Under the pieces are notes generated by a model that was given only the letters and a program-made list of their open reading frames with translations, ran no database searches and was not told where the DNA came from. This document shows, piece by piece, positions 29,847 through 39,737 of a stretch of 64,000 nt of DNA (positions are counted from its first letter, which is position 1; each line of letters begins with the position of its first letter). The position numbers and the translations under genes are program-made. Source of the stretch: a virus. The stretch is taken from the IMG/VR virus record IMGVR_UViG_3300031851_000004, positions 1 to 64,000 of that record; one strand, given 5' to 3'.

Positions 29847-30890
29847 ATGAACCTTCAGGAATTAAATAACACAATACACCAAGCTTCTAAATCTGAATTT
29901 ATCTCCAAGAGAGCTACTTGGGTCACTACTGCAAAAAACTTACTGAACGGAGCTTCTGAAGGGGATATAGAATATTTCGAGAACCATACAGGTAGAGAGC
30001 TTTTTAGAAAAGCTAATCTTTTTGGTGATAATGGTTTTATACAAGACAGTTTTGATGAAGGTTTTAGACCATCAAGATTCAACCCTAAGTCAAATTCATT
30101 AAGCGGAAATATTATTTCGTGGTATGATGCGGCAGACCCTCGATCTTATGAATTAAATTCAGATGGAAGAATTTTGAGTGCTAATGATAAATCTGGCTCT
30201 TATGATCTTGCCCCTAGCAAGGGGATAGATAGATCACCAACAATTGATAAAATAAAATTTGATGATGGTGGGTTTAGAAATGTTTTCTTTTATGACAGAG
30301 GAGTCAGCCATGATAATTGTACATTTAGAAGTTATGGTTTTTCTCACGATTTCACTTCTGGTGAATTAAATATACTGATGGTTTTACATCATATGAAATC
30401 TAATCTAGGAGATATTGATTCTCAAGATTTTATTTTTGAAGCGGCTCAAAATGGAGTTCATAATTCTGGAACTCCTAGATTCTTTTTGAGAAAAGGCGGC
30501 GAAAGCGGAGCAAATCCTGCTTACTCTAATGCGGGATTAGGCAACGCATTTAATTTCACTGAGACTGAGGCTGGAAAACAATTTGATAACCCAGTAAATT
30601 TATTGTTAAATTTTCACATTAAAAATGGTAAACAAATCTCTCGATTAAATGGTGCAGAAATTAAGACAACCACTAGAGCTTCTGTTCAAAATGTAACCAA
30701 TGAAGAAACAGGTAATGGAGGGATTTTTTGGGGAAGTAATATCCATGGGGGACAAACTTTAGAAGGAGGATTCGGAGAAATTATATTGTATGATGATTTT
30801 GCACAAGATGGAGAGTTTTTAGAATCTTATCTTGCGAAAAAGTGGGGTTTCGATATTCCCACCATAAAACATTTTAAAACTTTTGTATAG
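29847..30890 (+). CDS. LamG/concanavalin-like domain protein, probably virion-associated
   Basis: WYDAAD...DKSG at the start of the domain and GEIILY...ESYLAKKWG at its end. Confidence 0.65.
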   Translation: MNLQELNNTIHQASKSEFISKRATWVTTAKNLLNGASEGDIEYFENHTGRELFRKANLFGDNGFIQDSFDEGFRPSRFNPKSNSLSGNIISWYDAADPRSYELNSDGRILSANDKSGSYDLAPSKGIDRSPTIDKIKFDDGGFRNVFFYDRGVSHDNCTFRSYGFSHDFTSGELNILMVLHHMKSNLGDIDSQDFIFEAAQNGVHNSGTPRFFLRKGGESGANPAYSNAGLGNAFNFTETEAGKQFDNPVNLLLNFHIKNGKQISRLNGAEIKTTTRASVQNVTNEETGNGGIFWGSNIHGGQTLEGGFGEIILYDDFAQDGEFLESYLAKKWGFDIPTIKHFKTFV

Positions 30891-30893
30891 CTT

Positions 30894-31484
30894 GTGGACT
30901 TGATACTTTGTTTCTTAACAATATTCTCTTCTATTTTTGCTATTTCATTCTATTTAAAATTTAAAAAAACTTTTAAATATTTAAAAGGTATAGAAAATGA
31001 TAATTTTTTAATCGAAGCTAGATTTAAAGATTTAGAAAAAAATTTAGAGCTAAAAGAAAGTCAGCATAGAATTAGTATGGAATCATTAAAAGAATCTTTT
31101 AATCATGAAAGAAATTCTATGGAGGAAAAGAAGAGAGAAATACAAACTAAAGAAAAATATTTTGAGGTTTCTATAGCAAAGATTACAGAAGATTTGGAAG
31201 AACAAAGAGGTTTAAAAACTAAAGTCACCTCTCAGAAAAAAAGTAGTGAAGTCAGGCTTGGTCATATTGCAGAAACACTAGCCCCTTTCTTAGATCAATT
31301 TGAATTCGAGCCAGAAGAATGTAGCTTTCTAGGTCAGCCGATTGATTATATTTCTTTTGGTCAAGATGAAGTTACATTCATAGAAGTCAAAAGCGGCAAA
31401 AGTCAGTTAAGCACTAAGCAAAGAAAAATTAGAGATCAAATTTTAGATGGAAAAGTTGCTTGGAAAGAAGTTCGTATAAAATAA
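30894..31484 (+). CDS. membrane-anchored endonuclease related to archaeal Holliday-junction resolvase
   Basis: N-terminal TM and coiled coil, then GHIAETLAPF, FLGQPIDYISF, FIEVKSG..LS..QR.IRD. Confidence 0.85.
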   Translation: MDLILCFLTIFSSIFAISFYLKFKKTFKYLKGIENDNFLIEARFKDLEKNLELKESQHRISMESLKESFNHERNSMEEKKREIQTKEKYFEVSIAKITEDLEEQRGLKTKVTSQKKSSEVRLGHIAETLAPFLDQFEFEPEECSFLGQPIDYISFGQDEVTFIEVKSGKSQLSTKQRKIRDQILDGKVAWKEVRIK

Positions 31485-31491
31485 ATACAGC

Positions 31492-31520
31492 TTGACTTGA
31501 ACCTTAATATGCGTTATAGT
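31492..31520 (+). promoter_or_regulatory. sigma70-like promoter of nrdB
   Basis: TTGACT-N17-TATAGT. Confidence 0.65.
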
Positions 31521-31536
31521 CGTTATATTAATAATT

Positions 31537-32550
31537 ATGAATGATAAATCAACAAACCTTTTAGGTAAAGATGTAGCTGGAGTCAACCGAATCTTACCTC
31601 ACAAACATAAATTTGCATGGGATTTATTCCTAAAAAGTTGCGCAAATAATTGGATGCCTACGGAAATATCTATGCAAAATGATATAGCTCAATGGAAAAA
31701 TAATGAAATTACTGAAGATGAAAAATTACTTGTCAAACGTTGTCTTGGATTTTTTGCTGGAAGCGAGTCTTTGGTTGGTAACAATTTGCTTCTTTCTGCC
31801 TTTCGATATATTACGGATGCTGAGTGTCGCCAGTACATCCTTCGTCAAGCTTTTGAAGAAAGCCTTCACAACCTTACGATAGTTTATATATGTGATAGTC
31901 TAGACTTAGACATAGATGAAGTGTTTGCTGCTTATGAGACGATACCAAGTATAAAAGCTAAAGATGATTTCTTAATGGAAATCACTAATGATATTACTAG
32001 TGTAGACTTTCAACCTCACACAAAAGAGGGTAAACAAGACATACTTAGAAACTTTTTAACATATTGGGTCGTCTGCGAAGGCACTTTCTTTTTTAGTGGT
32101 TTTGCTATGTTACTAGCTCTCGGCAGGCAAAATAAACTTCAAGGAATTTCTGACCAAATAAAATATACTCTACGAGACGAAAGTTCCCATATATCATTTG
32201 GGATATATTTAATTAATACATTAATAGAGCAAAACCCATCGATATGGACTAAAAAAATTCAAGACGAATTTGTGGATCATATTAAAAAAGCGGTTGATCT
32301 TGAAATTGCGTATGCTCATGACGTTCTTCCAACAGGAATATTAGGTTTAAACGCGGAGATGTTCATAGATTACATGCATTATATAGGCAATAGAAGGTTG
32401 GAGGCTATAGGTTTAGAATATAGATTTCCTAGCGATAAGAACCCATTCCCTTGGTTGGGTGAGGCTGTAGATGTTCAAGCGATGGGTAACTTTTTCGAAC
32501 GCAGGGTTAGGGAATATCAACAAAGCGGTTCTTTGGAAGATGATTTTTAA
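31537..32550 (+). CDS. nrdB: ribonucleotide reductase beta subunit
   Basis: NNWMPTEI, EESLH, EG.FFFSGF, RDESSH and NFFERRV.EY motifs. Confidence 0.97.
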   Translation: MNDKSTNLLGKDVAGVNRILPHKHKFAWDLFLKSCANNWMPTEISMQNDIAQWKNNEITEDEKLLVKRCLGFFAGSESLVGNNLLLSAFRYITDAECRQYILRQAFEESLHNLTIVYICDSLDLDIDEVFAAYETIPSIKAKDDFLMEITNDITSVDFQPHTKEGKQDILRNFLTYWVVCEGTFFFSGFAMLLALGRQNKLQGISDQIKYTLRDESSHISFGIYLINTLIEQNPSIWTKKIQDEFVDHIKKAVDLEIAYAHDVLPTGILGLNAEMFIDYMHYIGNRRLEAIGLEYRFPSDKNPFPWLGEAVDVQAMGNFFERRVREYQQSGSLEDDF

Positions 32551-32559
32551 AAAATCATA

Positions 32560-33798
32560 ATGTTGAGAACAAAAGACAAGGCGACTGTTGTAATATCTTA
32601 TTTAAGGTCTTGTTCATTCAGAGAAAAAAATTTAAGATTAGTCCTTTCTTTACTTAATCAAACAAATATACCAGTTGTCGTCGTTGAGCAAATAAACGAA
32701 AATAATTCTAAAAAAATAAAAGTAATAAGTGGTGAAAAATTAACACATATTTCTTACTTTTGCAAATCAGTTTTTCATAAATCTAAATTGTATAACATTT
32801 CAGTTGATTATGTTAAAACAGAATATGTTTGGTTCTTAGATGCCGATGTTATCTTACCTTTCGAAGATATAATATCTAGAATATCTTCTCAAGAATTAAT
32901 AAGACCTGTTGGTGGTGTATATCTCTTAAACAAAGAAGACAGTTTAAAAGTTATAAGTAATAAAAGCATAGATATATCAGAAAAACAAGCATGTAAATAT
33001 TTTGGAAAACATTCTTTTATAATAAAAAAATCAAGCTTGATTAGTTGTGGGATGTTTGATGATAAATTTCTTGGATGGGGATGGGAAGACTTAGATTTTG
33101 TTCAAACAAAAGCTTCCCACATAGACCCTTTTGTCTTTGAAGACTTAAAAGGTTTTCATCTCTTTCACCCTCCTGCTGGACGAGAAAACGAAAGAGCTAA
33201 TTATAATGTTTATATAGAAAACAAAAAATCAAGAAAACAGCTCAGCTATTGCTTTGTCATAAATAGTTGCTATTCGATAAATAGTAACGATTTAAAATCC
33301 ATATTAGATACAAATAGAATAAACGAACGGGCCATAAATTTTAATTTTGTTTTTTTTGGAGACGATATTGATATTAGTTGGATTGATTTTTCATTAAGTG
33401 AGGATATTAGATCAAGTTATGTATCTATATTTAGGTATAAAAATGTTAAAGATAAAATTCGCATGATTAATAGTTGTATTTACTCAAGCCAAGGAAAAAT
33501 ATTTTCATATTTTGATGATTTTAATAAAGTCTCTAGTTCTAATATCATTCGCCCTAAAATAACAAACGAAATAATCTTAACAATGCAGGGTGGTTCTGTA
33601 GATTTTTATTCAAATAAAAATAATACATTATTTGCTTACAACAGGTCCGACTTTAATTCCTTTGGAGGTTTTAGTGAAAATATAAAAATCAATGACTCTT
33701 CTTTTAGCGGATCATACTCTAAGGTTAAAGGGAGATACAATAACAAAGAGGATTTAATGTATTTCGATGTGGAAAAGAATTGCTTTCTCAGCGTTTGA
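32560..33798 (+). CDS. glycosyltransferase (GT2/GT7-like) with an extra C-terminal domain
   Basis: FLDAD, FDDKFLGWGWEDLDF and HLFH motifs. Confidence 0.8.
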   Translation: MLRTKDKATVVISYLRSCSFREKNLRLVLSLLNQTNIPVVVVEQINENNSKKIKVISGEKLTHISYFCKSVFHKSKLYNISVDYVKTEYVWFLDADVILPFEDIISRISSQELIRPVGGVYLLNKEDSLKVISNKSIDISEKQACKYFGKHSFIIKKSSLISCGMFDDKFLGWGWEDLDFVQTKASHIDPFVFEDLKGFHLFHPPAGRENERANYNVYIENKKSRKQLSYCFVINSCYSINSNDLKSILDTNRINERAINFNFVFFGDDIDISWIDFSLSEDIRSSYVSIFRYKNVKDKIRMINSCIYSSQGKIFSYFDDFNKVSSSNIIRPKITNEIILTMQGGSVDFYSNKNNTLFAYNRSDFNSFGGFSENIKINDSSFSGSYSKVKGRYNNKEDLMYFDVEKNCFLSV

Positions 33799-33800
33799 GC

Positions 33801-33829
33801 TTGACTATTAATCGATATCTAGTTATAGT
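33801..33829 (+). promoter_or_regulatory. sigma70-like promoter of the recA operon
   Basis: TTGACT-N17-TATAGT. Confidence 0.65.
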
Positions 33830-33839
33830 ATTTTATAAA

Positions 33840-34184
33840 ATGAAACTTAAGCAAGGAGAAAAAAAGTCCATAATATTAAAACTACTCTATGAGCCTAAAA
33901 ATAATAAAAGAAATTTCTGGGCAAGGGAAATTAAATTCTTAAACGAACTTTACGAGCTTTTCCCCGACATGGACTTCTGGAAACTTTTAAATTTTAAAAA
34001 AAAATACGATTCACTTCTTTTTTTGAAAGGCGATTATGGGTTGAGGACTTTAAAGCGTAAATTTCTAGAATTTTCATACGTTATACCAGAAAACAAAGAA
34101 GTCATTATTGGAGATAAGTCAGGAAAAGATTACGGAAAAATAATAAAACCAAAAACAATCAAACAATTTTTAACAAATGAGTGA
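33840..34184 (+). CDS. hypothetical protein
   Basis: ATG 33840 follows the promoter; overlaps the recA start. Confidence 0.65.
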   Translation: MKLKQGEKKSIILKLLYEPKNNKRNFWAREIKFLNELYELFPDMDFWKLLNFKKKYDSLLFLKGDYGLRTLKRKFLEFSYVIPENKEVIIGDKSGKDYGKIIKPKTIKQFLTNE

Positions 34185-35259
34185 AACATTAAAAAAAATA
34201 GAATCATTTCTGGAAGCTAAAGAAAACAAAGGTTTTCATTATAATAATTACGAAGAAGAGCATTATAAAATTTCATCAGGTAGCATTAATCTTGATTTAG
34301 CTTTAGGAGGAGGTCTGCCTTCTGGAGCACATCGCTTTACAGGAGTAAATGAGGGTGGCAAAACTAGCTGTGCCTTGACGGTAGCAAAGAACTTTCAAGA
34401 ACATTTCGGCAAGAAAGGTATGGTAATTTATGTCAGAAGCGAGGGTCGTCTTTCTCCAGAAATATTAGAAAGAAGTGGTATCAATACAGATAAGGAAAGT
34501 TTTTTTAGATTTGATTGTAATGTTTTTGAAAAAGTTTTCCAATTAATAAGGATGCTGGTTGAGGAAAATGATGATAATAAAAAATATTTATTTGTTATAG
34601 ATAGTGTCGATGCTTTATGTAGAATTGGCGACATCGATAAACCTTTTGATGAAAGCGAACAGGTTGCTGGAGGAGCTTTAGTCACTTCTGTTTTCTTGAA
34701 AAAAATGGTTTTACCTATAACTAAAATGGGTCACATGATGATATTAACATCTCAAGTTAGAGTAGAAGTTGCAACTAATCCTTATGCTAGCAGGGGCGGT
34801 CCGAAGGTAAAACAAGCAGGGGGTAATGCAGTGAAACACTATTCAAATTTTATCCTAGAATTTCAAGAAAGATATAGCTCTGATATTATTTTCCCAAACC
34901 CAAGTGCATCAAAGCTTGAAGACAAAGGTCAACCTATAGGCCATTTTTGTAAAATAATTTTCAGGAAAAGTATTAATGAAAAAACGGGTGCAGTAGTTAG
35001 GTATCCTATAAGATATGGCAAGACCAAAGGAAATAGCATTTGGATAGAAAGAGAAATTATAGACATGATGAAACTGTGGGGCTTCATAGAGCAGAAAGGG
35101 TCTTGGATATCTTTTGATCAAGAAATAATCGATCTGGCAAAATCTAAAAAAATAGATTGTCTAGAAAAAATACAAGGGGAGGCTAAATTAGTACAATTCA
35201 TAGAGGATAATAAAGAATTTGCTGACTTTATATTAGAACATATCACCTCTAACTTTTAA
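34177..35259 (+). CDS. recA: RecA/UvsX-like recombinase
   Basis: ISSGSINLDLALGGGLP, GxxxGGKT, VIDSV, SQVR, GGNAVKHY and QKGSW motifs. Confidence 0.92.
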   Translation: MSETLKKIESFLEAKENKGFHYNNYEEEHYKISSGSINLDLALGGGLPSGAHRFTGVNEGGKTSCALTVAKNFQEHFGKKGMVIYVRSEGRLSPEILERSGINTDKESFFRFDCNVFEKVFQLIRMLVEENDDNKKYLFVIDSVDALCRIGDIDKPFDESEQVAGGALVTSVFLKKMVLPITKMGHMMILTSQVRVEVATNPYASRGGPKVKQAGGNAVKHYSNFILEFQERYSSDIIFPNPSASKLEDKGQPIGHFCKIIFRKSINEKTGAVVRYPIRYGKTKGNSIWIEREIIDMMKLWGFIEQKGSWISFDQEIIDLAKSKKIDCLEKIQGEAKLVQFIEDNKEFADFILEHITSNF

Positions 35260-35670
35260 ATGAAATTTAAAACGCTTCACGGAAATTTAAAAAGAGTCGC
35301 AAAGATAAGAAAATATATAATTGACTGGGAGGCTAAAAGCAAAAGTAAAATACAATTCAGCACAAAGCAATTTCTTAAAAAATATTGGGAAAACCATGTG
35401 GTATTTGAAGAGTTTCCTGTCGCAGGAACTAGACTTAGCTTAGATTTTTATAATGCGACAAAGAAAATATCTATAGAAGTTCAGGGAGCTCAACACAGGA
35501 GATATGTTAAATTTTTTCACGGAGGTCATAAAATGAATTATATGGATCAGCTAAGAAGGGATCAGCAGAAACGAGAGTTTTGTGAATTAAATGATATTAA
35601 GTTGGTCGAAGTTTATGACAACGACACTCTAAGCGAATCTCTTTTTGAAAAGTTTGGAATTAATTTATAG
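35260..35670 (+). CDS. Vsr/DUF559-like endonuclease
   Basis: LDFY.....IEVQGAQH...D..K...C..N.I.LVEV pattern. Confidence 0.8.
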   Translation: MKFKTLHGNLKRVAKIRKYIIDWEAKSKSKIQFSTKQFLKKYWENHVVFEEFPVAGTRLSLDFYNATKKISIEVQGAQHRRYVKFFHGGHKMNYMDQLRRDQQKREFCELNDIKLVEVYDNDTLSESLFEKFGINL

Positions 35671-35695
35671 TGTATATATTATATAACACTATACA

Positions 35696-35959
35696 ATGAA
35701 AGATTCATTCAATCCAGAAAGCGAGTTTAAATTCCAAATCCCTAAAGAATTTCTTGATAAATTATATGAATTTACAGGAGGTGCGGAAGGAAACTCTGGT
35801 TTTGTTTTAAGTTATGTAGACGATCAAGGTAAGGCTATGGTATATTGCAGGGCTAGTTCTCAAATAATAGAAATGGGATTAAGAAAAAGTCTTGAAAAGT
35901 ATTTAATACAGATGGAAGAAGGTGAAACTTCTTTAGACATCTCAGAAAACCAAGATTGA
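35696..35959 (+). CDS. hypothetical protein
   Basis: Clean ORF between the nuclease and dnaB. Confidence 0.7.
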   Translation: MKDSFNPESEFKFQIPKEFLDKLYEFTGGAEGNSGFVLSYVDDQGKAMVYCRASSQIIEMGLRKSLEKYLIQMEEGETSLDISENQD

Positions 35960-35961
35960 AC

Positions 35962-35990
35962 TTGACTTTTAAGTTCTTATATGTTAGCAT
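35962..35990 (+). promoter_or_regulatory. sigma70-like promoter of dnaB, probably leaderless
   Basis: TTGACT-N17-TAGCAT with extended TG, then 6 nt to ATG. Confidence 0.6.
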
Positions 35991-35996
35991 TAATGA

Positions 35997-37517
35997 ATGC
36001 GATTATATAATTACGACTTAGAAGCACACTTGCTCAGTGGATTAATACAATTTCCAGATATTTTTTTTGAAATATCTGCATTTGTCTCTGAAAAAGATTT
36101 TTACTCAGAATATAGTAGTGTTAATAAATCTATATTTTTAATAACAAAGTCTTTCATAGAGGAAGGTAAACCTTTGGACGAGGTCTTGATAGCGGAAAAA
36201 ATAAAACTATTGGGAATTAAATTCGAAGAGGGTCTTGACTGCCTTGAATATATACAAGGTCTCGTTATGAGAAAGATCGGTCAAAAATCAATAATACAAA
36301 CGGCAAAAGAGCTAAAACTCCTTACTGTTAGAAGAGGCATTTGTGATGTTGGCAAGGATTTAAATAAATCCATGCAGTCAAGTAATGCCGATTCATATCA
36401 AGAGATAGTAGAAATTGCAGACAAAATTTACCACGACAATATTAATGTTTATGAATCAGGAGAAGGTGCTCCTCAAAACATTTACGAAACAATGGAGGAG
36501 ATAATTGAAGAAAGGGGAGATAACCCAATTGATGACTTTGGTCTTGAAGGGCCTCACCAAAGACTTCATGAGATTTATGGATCCTTACTTAGGCCAGGAA
36601 ATATAACTGTGATTGTCGCTAGATCTGGTATAGGCAAAACTCAATTTTGCATGGATTTCTGCACTAAAGTCTCAGCTATGAATGATCATGTTCCTGTGCT
36701 CCATTTTGATAATGGAGAAATGAGCCTTGAGGAATTAACCATGAGGCAGTGTGCAGCTTTATCTGGAGTTCAATTAAGCTTGCTTGAAACTGGAAGGTGG
36801 AGGCAGGCTGGAGATGAGGTTGTTAATAAAATAAGAAAAGTCTGGAAAACAATAAAATCTATGCAATTTTATTATTATAATTGCGGTGGTTTATCAACAG
36901 AAGAAATGGTGAATGTAATAAAAAGGTTTTACTATTCAAAAGTCGGAAGAGGAAATCAGATGGTTTTTAGTTTTGATTACATAAAAACAACTTTCGAAAA
37001 ACAGTCTAATAAAAACGAATGGCAAATCGTTGGCGAAATGGTAGATAGGTTTAAAAAACTTATATCAAAAGAGATACTGCAAGACAGCAAGCCTTTAATA
37101 TCAATGATAACAAGTGTTCAGATGAATAGGACAGGAACAAGTAGAAATAGAAGCTCAGATAACATAGTAGAGGATGAGACGGTAGTTTCCTTGTCAGATA
37201 GAATAACTCAATTCTGTTCTCACATGTTCTTGTTAAGAGGCAAAGAGCCAGCAGAAATAGCTGAACATAGTAATTTCGGAACACACAAATTGACGAATAT
37301 AAAATCTAGGCATTTAGGGCAAGACCCAATGGGAGAGATTCAACCAGTTCGAATGGCTGATGGTGGCTTAAGAAGGAATTATGTAAATTTTGATTTTAAT
37401 AACTTCAACATAACGGAAAGAGGGGATTTGAGAGATTTGGTTGAGCATTTAAGAGTTGAAGGAATCAGCCCAGAAGAAGATGGAGAAGATTCCTTACCTT
37501 CTTTATTTAACGACTAG
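35997..37517 (+). CDS. dnaB: replicative helicase
   Basis: DnaB N-domain, ARSGIGKT, EMS, FDYIK, QMNR and KSRH motifs. Confidence 0.92.
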   Translation: MRLYNYDLEAHLLSGLIQFPDIFFEISAFVSEKDFYSEYSSVNKSIFLITKSFIEEGKPLDEVLIAEKIKLLGIKFEEGLDCLEYIQGLVMRKIGQKSIIQTAKELKLLTVRRGICDVGKDLNKSMQSSNADSYQEIVEIADKIYHDNINVYESGEGAPQNIYETMEEIIEERGDNPIDDFGLEGPHQRLHEIYGSLLRPGNITVIVARSGIGKTQFCMDFCTKVSAMNDHVPVLHFDNGEMSLEELTMRQCAALSGVQLSLLETGRWRQAGDEVVNKIRKVWKTIKSMQFYYYNCGGLSTEEMVNVIKRFYYSKVGRGNQMVFSFDYIKTTFEKQSNKNEWQIVGEMVDRFKKLISKEILQDSKPLISMITSVQMNRTGTSRNRSSDNIVEDETVVSLSDRITQFCSHMFLLRGKEPAEIAEHSNFGTHKLTNIKSRHLGQDPMGEIQPVRMADGGLRRNYVNFDFNNFNITERGDLRDLVEHLRVEGISPEEDGEDSLPSLFND

Positions 37518-37525
37518 GAATACTC

Positions 37526-38563
37526 ATGCTTGATATTGAAAACACCCTCTTATCTTTGGGGTATAAACTTAACGATAGAGGTCCATACTGGCAGACTAAT
37601 GCGGTATTCAGGCAAGGGGACAATCAAACAGCAATACAAATTTATAAAAATAGCGGGGTTTGGAAAGATTATGTAAATCAAACACCATATATGCCTTTTA
37701 AGAAGCTTATTCAATTAACAGTGGGCACAAATGATGATGATATAGCGTCTGGATATATAAAAGAAATTAATCAATTGGATTTTTCCTCCTACAATCCCCT
37801 AAAAGAAAGAGTTACAATGGAAAAAACATATAATAAAGATTGCTTAAATAGGCTTTTACCCCATTATGATTTTTATGAGAAGCGCGGCATCTCTAGTAAA
37901 ACTTTATCTACCTTTCAAGCAGGGTTATGTACTGAGGGGAAAATGTACCAGAGGTTTGTTTTTCCAATATACAACAAGCAGAATAAAATACATGGTTTTT
38001 CTGGTAGATACATGGGCGTTAGTGAAAACTCGCCTAAATGGAAACACATGGGAATAAAGAGTAAATGGTTATACCCTCATCATATTAGTCAAAAATTCAT
38101 AACAGACTCGAAAGAAGTTATTCTTGTTGAGAGTATAGGGGATGTTTTATCTTTATATGAGAACGATTACAAGAATACGTTATGCTGTTTTGGTGCAGAT
38201 ATATCTCCATCCCTCTGCTCGTACCTTGTTCAATGTAATCCTTCTAAAATTTTCATAAGCTTAAACAATGACAATTCTAAAGATTTCAATGTGGGTCTTT
38301 TTGGTGCTGTAAAAATATTCTTCAAACTCTTTACTATGTTTGATTATGATAAAATTTTTATATGCTTGCCAGACAAAAATGATTTTGGAGATATGTCTAT
38401 GTCCGACTTTGCTTCTTGGGATAAGAAAAGATATAGTATTAAAGGAAGTTCGCATTATAATAACATAGTAAGGCAAGCGGAAAAATTCTGCGAATCTAGA
38501 GATCAACCAGAAAGTTTTATTAAAAAAATTAAAAAATTTAAAAAGGAAATTAATAATGAGTGA
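37526..38563 (+). CDS. dnaG: DNA primase (TOPRIM)
   Basis: RGI, RFVFPI...GFSGR, PKW, LVESIGD and KNDFGD motifs; no CHC2 cysteines. Confidence 0.88.
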   Translation: MLDIENTLLSLGYKLNDRGPYWQTNAVFRQGDNQTAIQIYKNSGVWKDYVNQTPYMPFKKLIQLTVGTNDDDIASGYIKEINQLDFSSYNPLKERVTMEKTYNKDCLNRLLPHYDFYEKRGISSKTLSTFQAGLCTEGKMYQRFVFPIYNKQNKIHGFSGRYMGVSENSPKWKHMGIKSKWLYPHHISQKFITDSKEVILVESIGDVLSLYENDYKNTLCCFGADISPSLCSYLVQCNPSKIFISLNNDNSKDFNVGLFGAVKIFFKLFTMFDYDKIFICLPDKNDFGDMSMSDFASWDKKRYSIKGSSHYNNIVRQAEKFCESRDQPESFIKKIKKFKKEINNE

Positions 38564-39620
38564 TTTATTCTTATCAGCTAGTAAAATAAAAACAGCACAG
38601 GGCTGCTCTTGGAAGTATTGGGCCAATTATGTATTAAAGTTGCCTCAAACTGGGAACGAAGGATCAAGCAGGGGGTGGATTTGCCATTTGATTTTTGAGC
38701 TATTAGGAGAGAAGAAGCACAAAAAACATTATAATGCAATAATAAAATCTGGAAGCATTAATTCGTCTAAAGCTGTTTATAGATTAATCAAGTACCATGC
38801 TAAAAAATTATTGGTTGCTGATGATGAAAACATGGAGTTGATGGATATGATGATACTGAAAGGTCTTTTGTATGATTTTTTTGGTGCAAAGAATAAAAAA
38901 CCGACAAAAGGAATTTCAGAAGAATCTTTTGAGCTTAAAATATCGGAAGGGGGAAAGTCTTATAAGACTAGGGGTTTCATAGATAAGCTTTTTCTTTATG
39001 ATAGAGGCAAGAAGGCTGTAATTAGGGATTTTAAAACCAGTAAGCAATTATTTAAAGGAAAAGAAATAACTGATAACTTGCAAAACTTAATGTATTGCTT
39101 GGCGGTAAGAAAACTTTATCCAAAAGTAAAAGAAATAGAGGTGGAGTTTTTATTTTTAAAATTCAATTTAGAGGAAGACTTGCTAGGAGTCCCAGGTCCT
39201 GGGGTTGTAAAAATGGAAAGAATTTCTGAGCAAGAATTAGAGGGTTTTGAATATCAACTTTCAACAATACAAAATTACTTAGAAAATTTTGACGAAAATG
39301 ATGCAATGGGAGATTATGCAGCTAACCAAGAATACCCTTCCGATAAAACATTCGGAGGGCCTTTGATGTGCGGCAGAGAGGGGTTCAAGAAATCAAAAGG
39401 AGAATATGTGCTTACTGCAGATGGAAGCAAGATTCCTAGTTATATATGCGAACACAGGTTGCCTTTTAAATATTATGCAGTTTTGGACTCGGAAAACGAA
39501 ATATTAAAAACATACAAAACCAAAAGCGATATAAAACTTAAAGAAGGTCAATCTATTGAAGAGAGGGATTACGAAGGCTGCCCCCATTTTAACAAAAGCA
39601 AACAAAGTTTTTTGGTGTAA
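38556..39620 (+). CDS. PD-(D/E)XK exonuclease (RecB/AddB/Cas4-like)
   Basis: LSASKI..C, G.ICH, RGFIDKL, IRDFKTS, Q..MY and C-terminal cysteines. Confidence 0.85.
   Translation: MSDLFLSASKIKTAQGCSWKYWANYVLKLPQTGNEGSSRGWICHLIFELLGEKKHKKHYNAIIKSGSINSSKAVYRLIKYHAKKLLVADDENMELMDMMILKGLLYDFFGAKNKKPTKGISEESFELKISEGGKSYKTRGFIDKLFLYDRGKKAVIRDFKTSKQLFKGKEITDNLQNLMYCLAVRKLYPKVKEIEVEFLFLKFNLEEDLLGVPGPGVVKMERISEQELEGFEYQLSTIQNYLENFDENDAMGDYAANQEYPSDKTFGGPLMCGREGFKKSKGEYVLTADGSKIPSYICEHRLPFKYYAVLDSENEILKTYKTKSDIKLKEGQSIEERDYEGCPHFNKSKQSFLV
39615..39620 (+). promoter_or_regulatory. GTGTAA motif 8 nt upstream of ATG
   Basis: GGTGTAAtttaattcATG. Confidence 0.5.
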
Positions 39621-39628
39621 TTTAATTC

Positions 39629-39736
39629 ATGGCGACTTTAAAAGATAAGGATAGCAATAATTTAATTTTTGTAAAAGGACATTTGCTTTTAAAAAAGAAA
39701 AGTAATAAAATAAAATTTAAAACAGTAAAGGTTTAA
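39629..39736 (+). CDS. 35-aa basic ORF (absent from ORF track)
   Basis: MATLKDKDSNNLIFVKGHLLLKKKSNKIKFKTVKV; follows GTGTAA and ends 1 nt before the next ATG. Confidence 0.5.
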   Translation: MATLKDKDSNNLIFVKGHLLLKKKSNKIKFKTVKV

Positions 39737-39737
39737 T

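Noticed and set aside
38556-39620. Cas4 of a CRISPR-Cas system
   Set aside because: No array or other cas genes; it sits in the dnaB-dnaG operon, as expected for a phage exonuclease.
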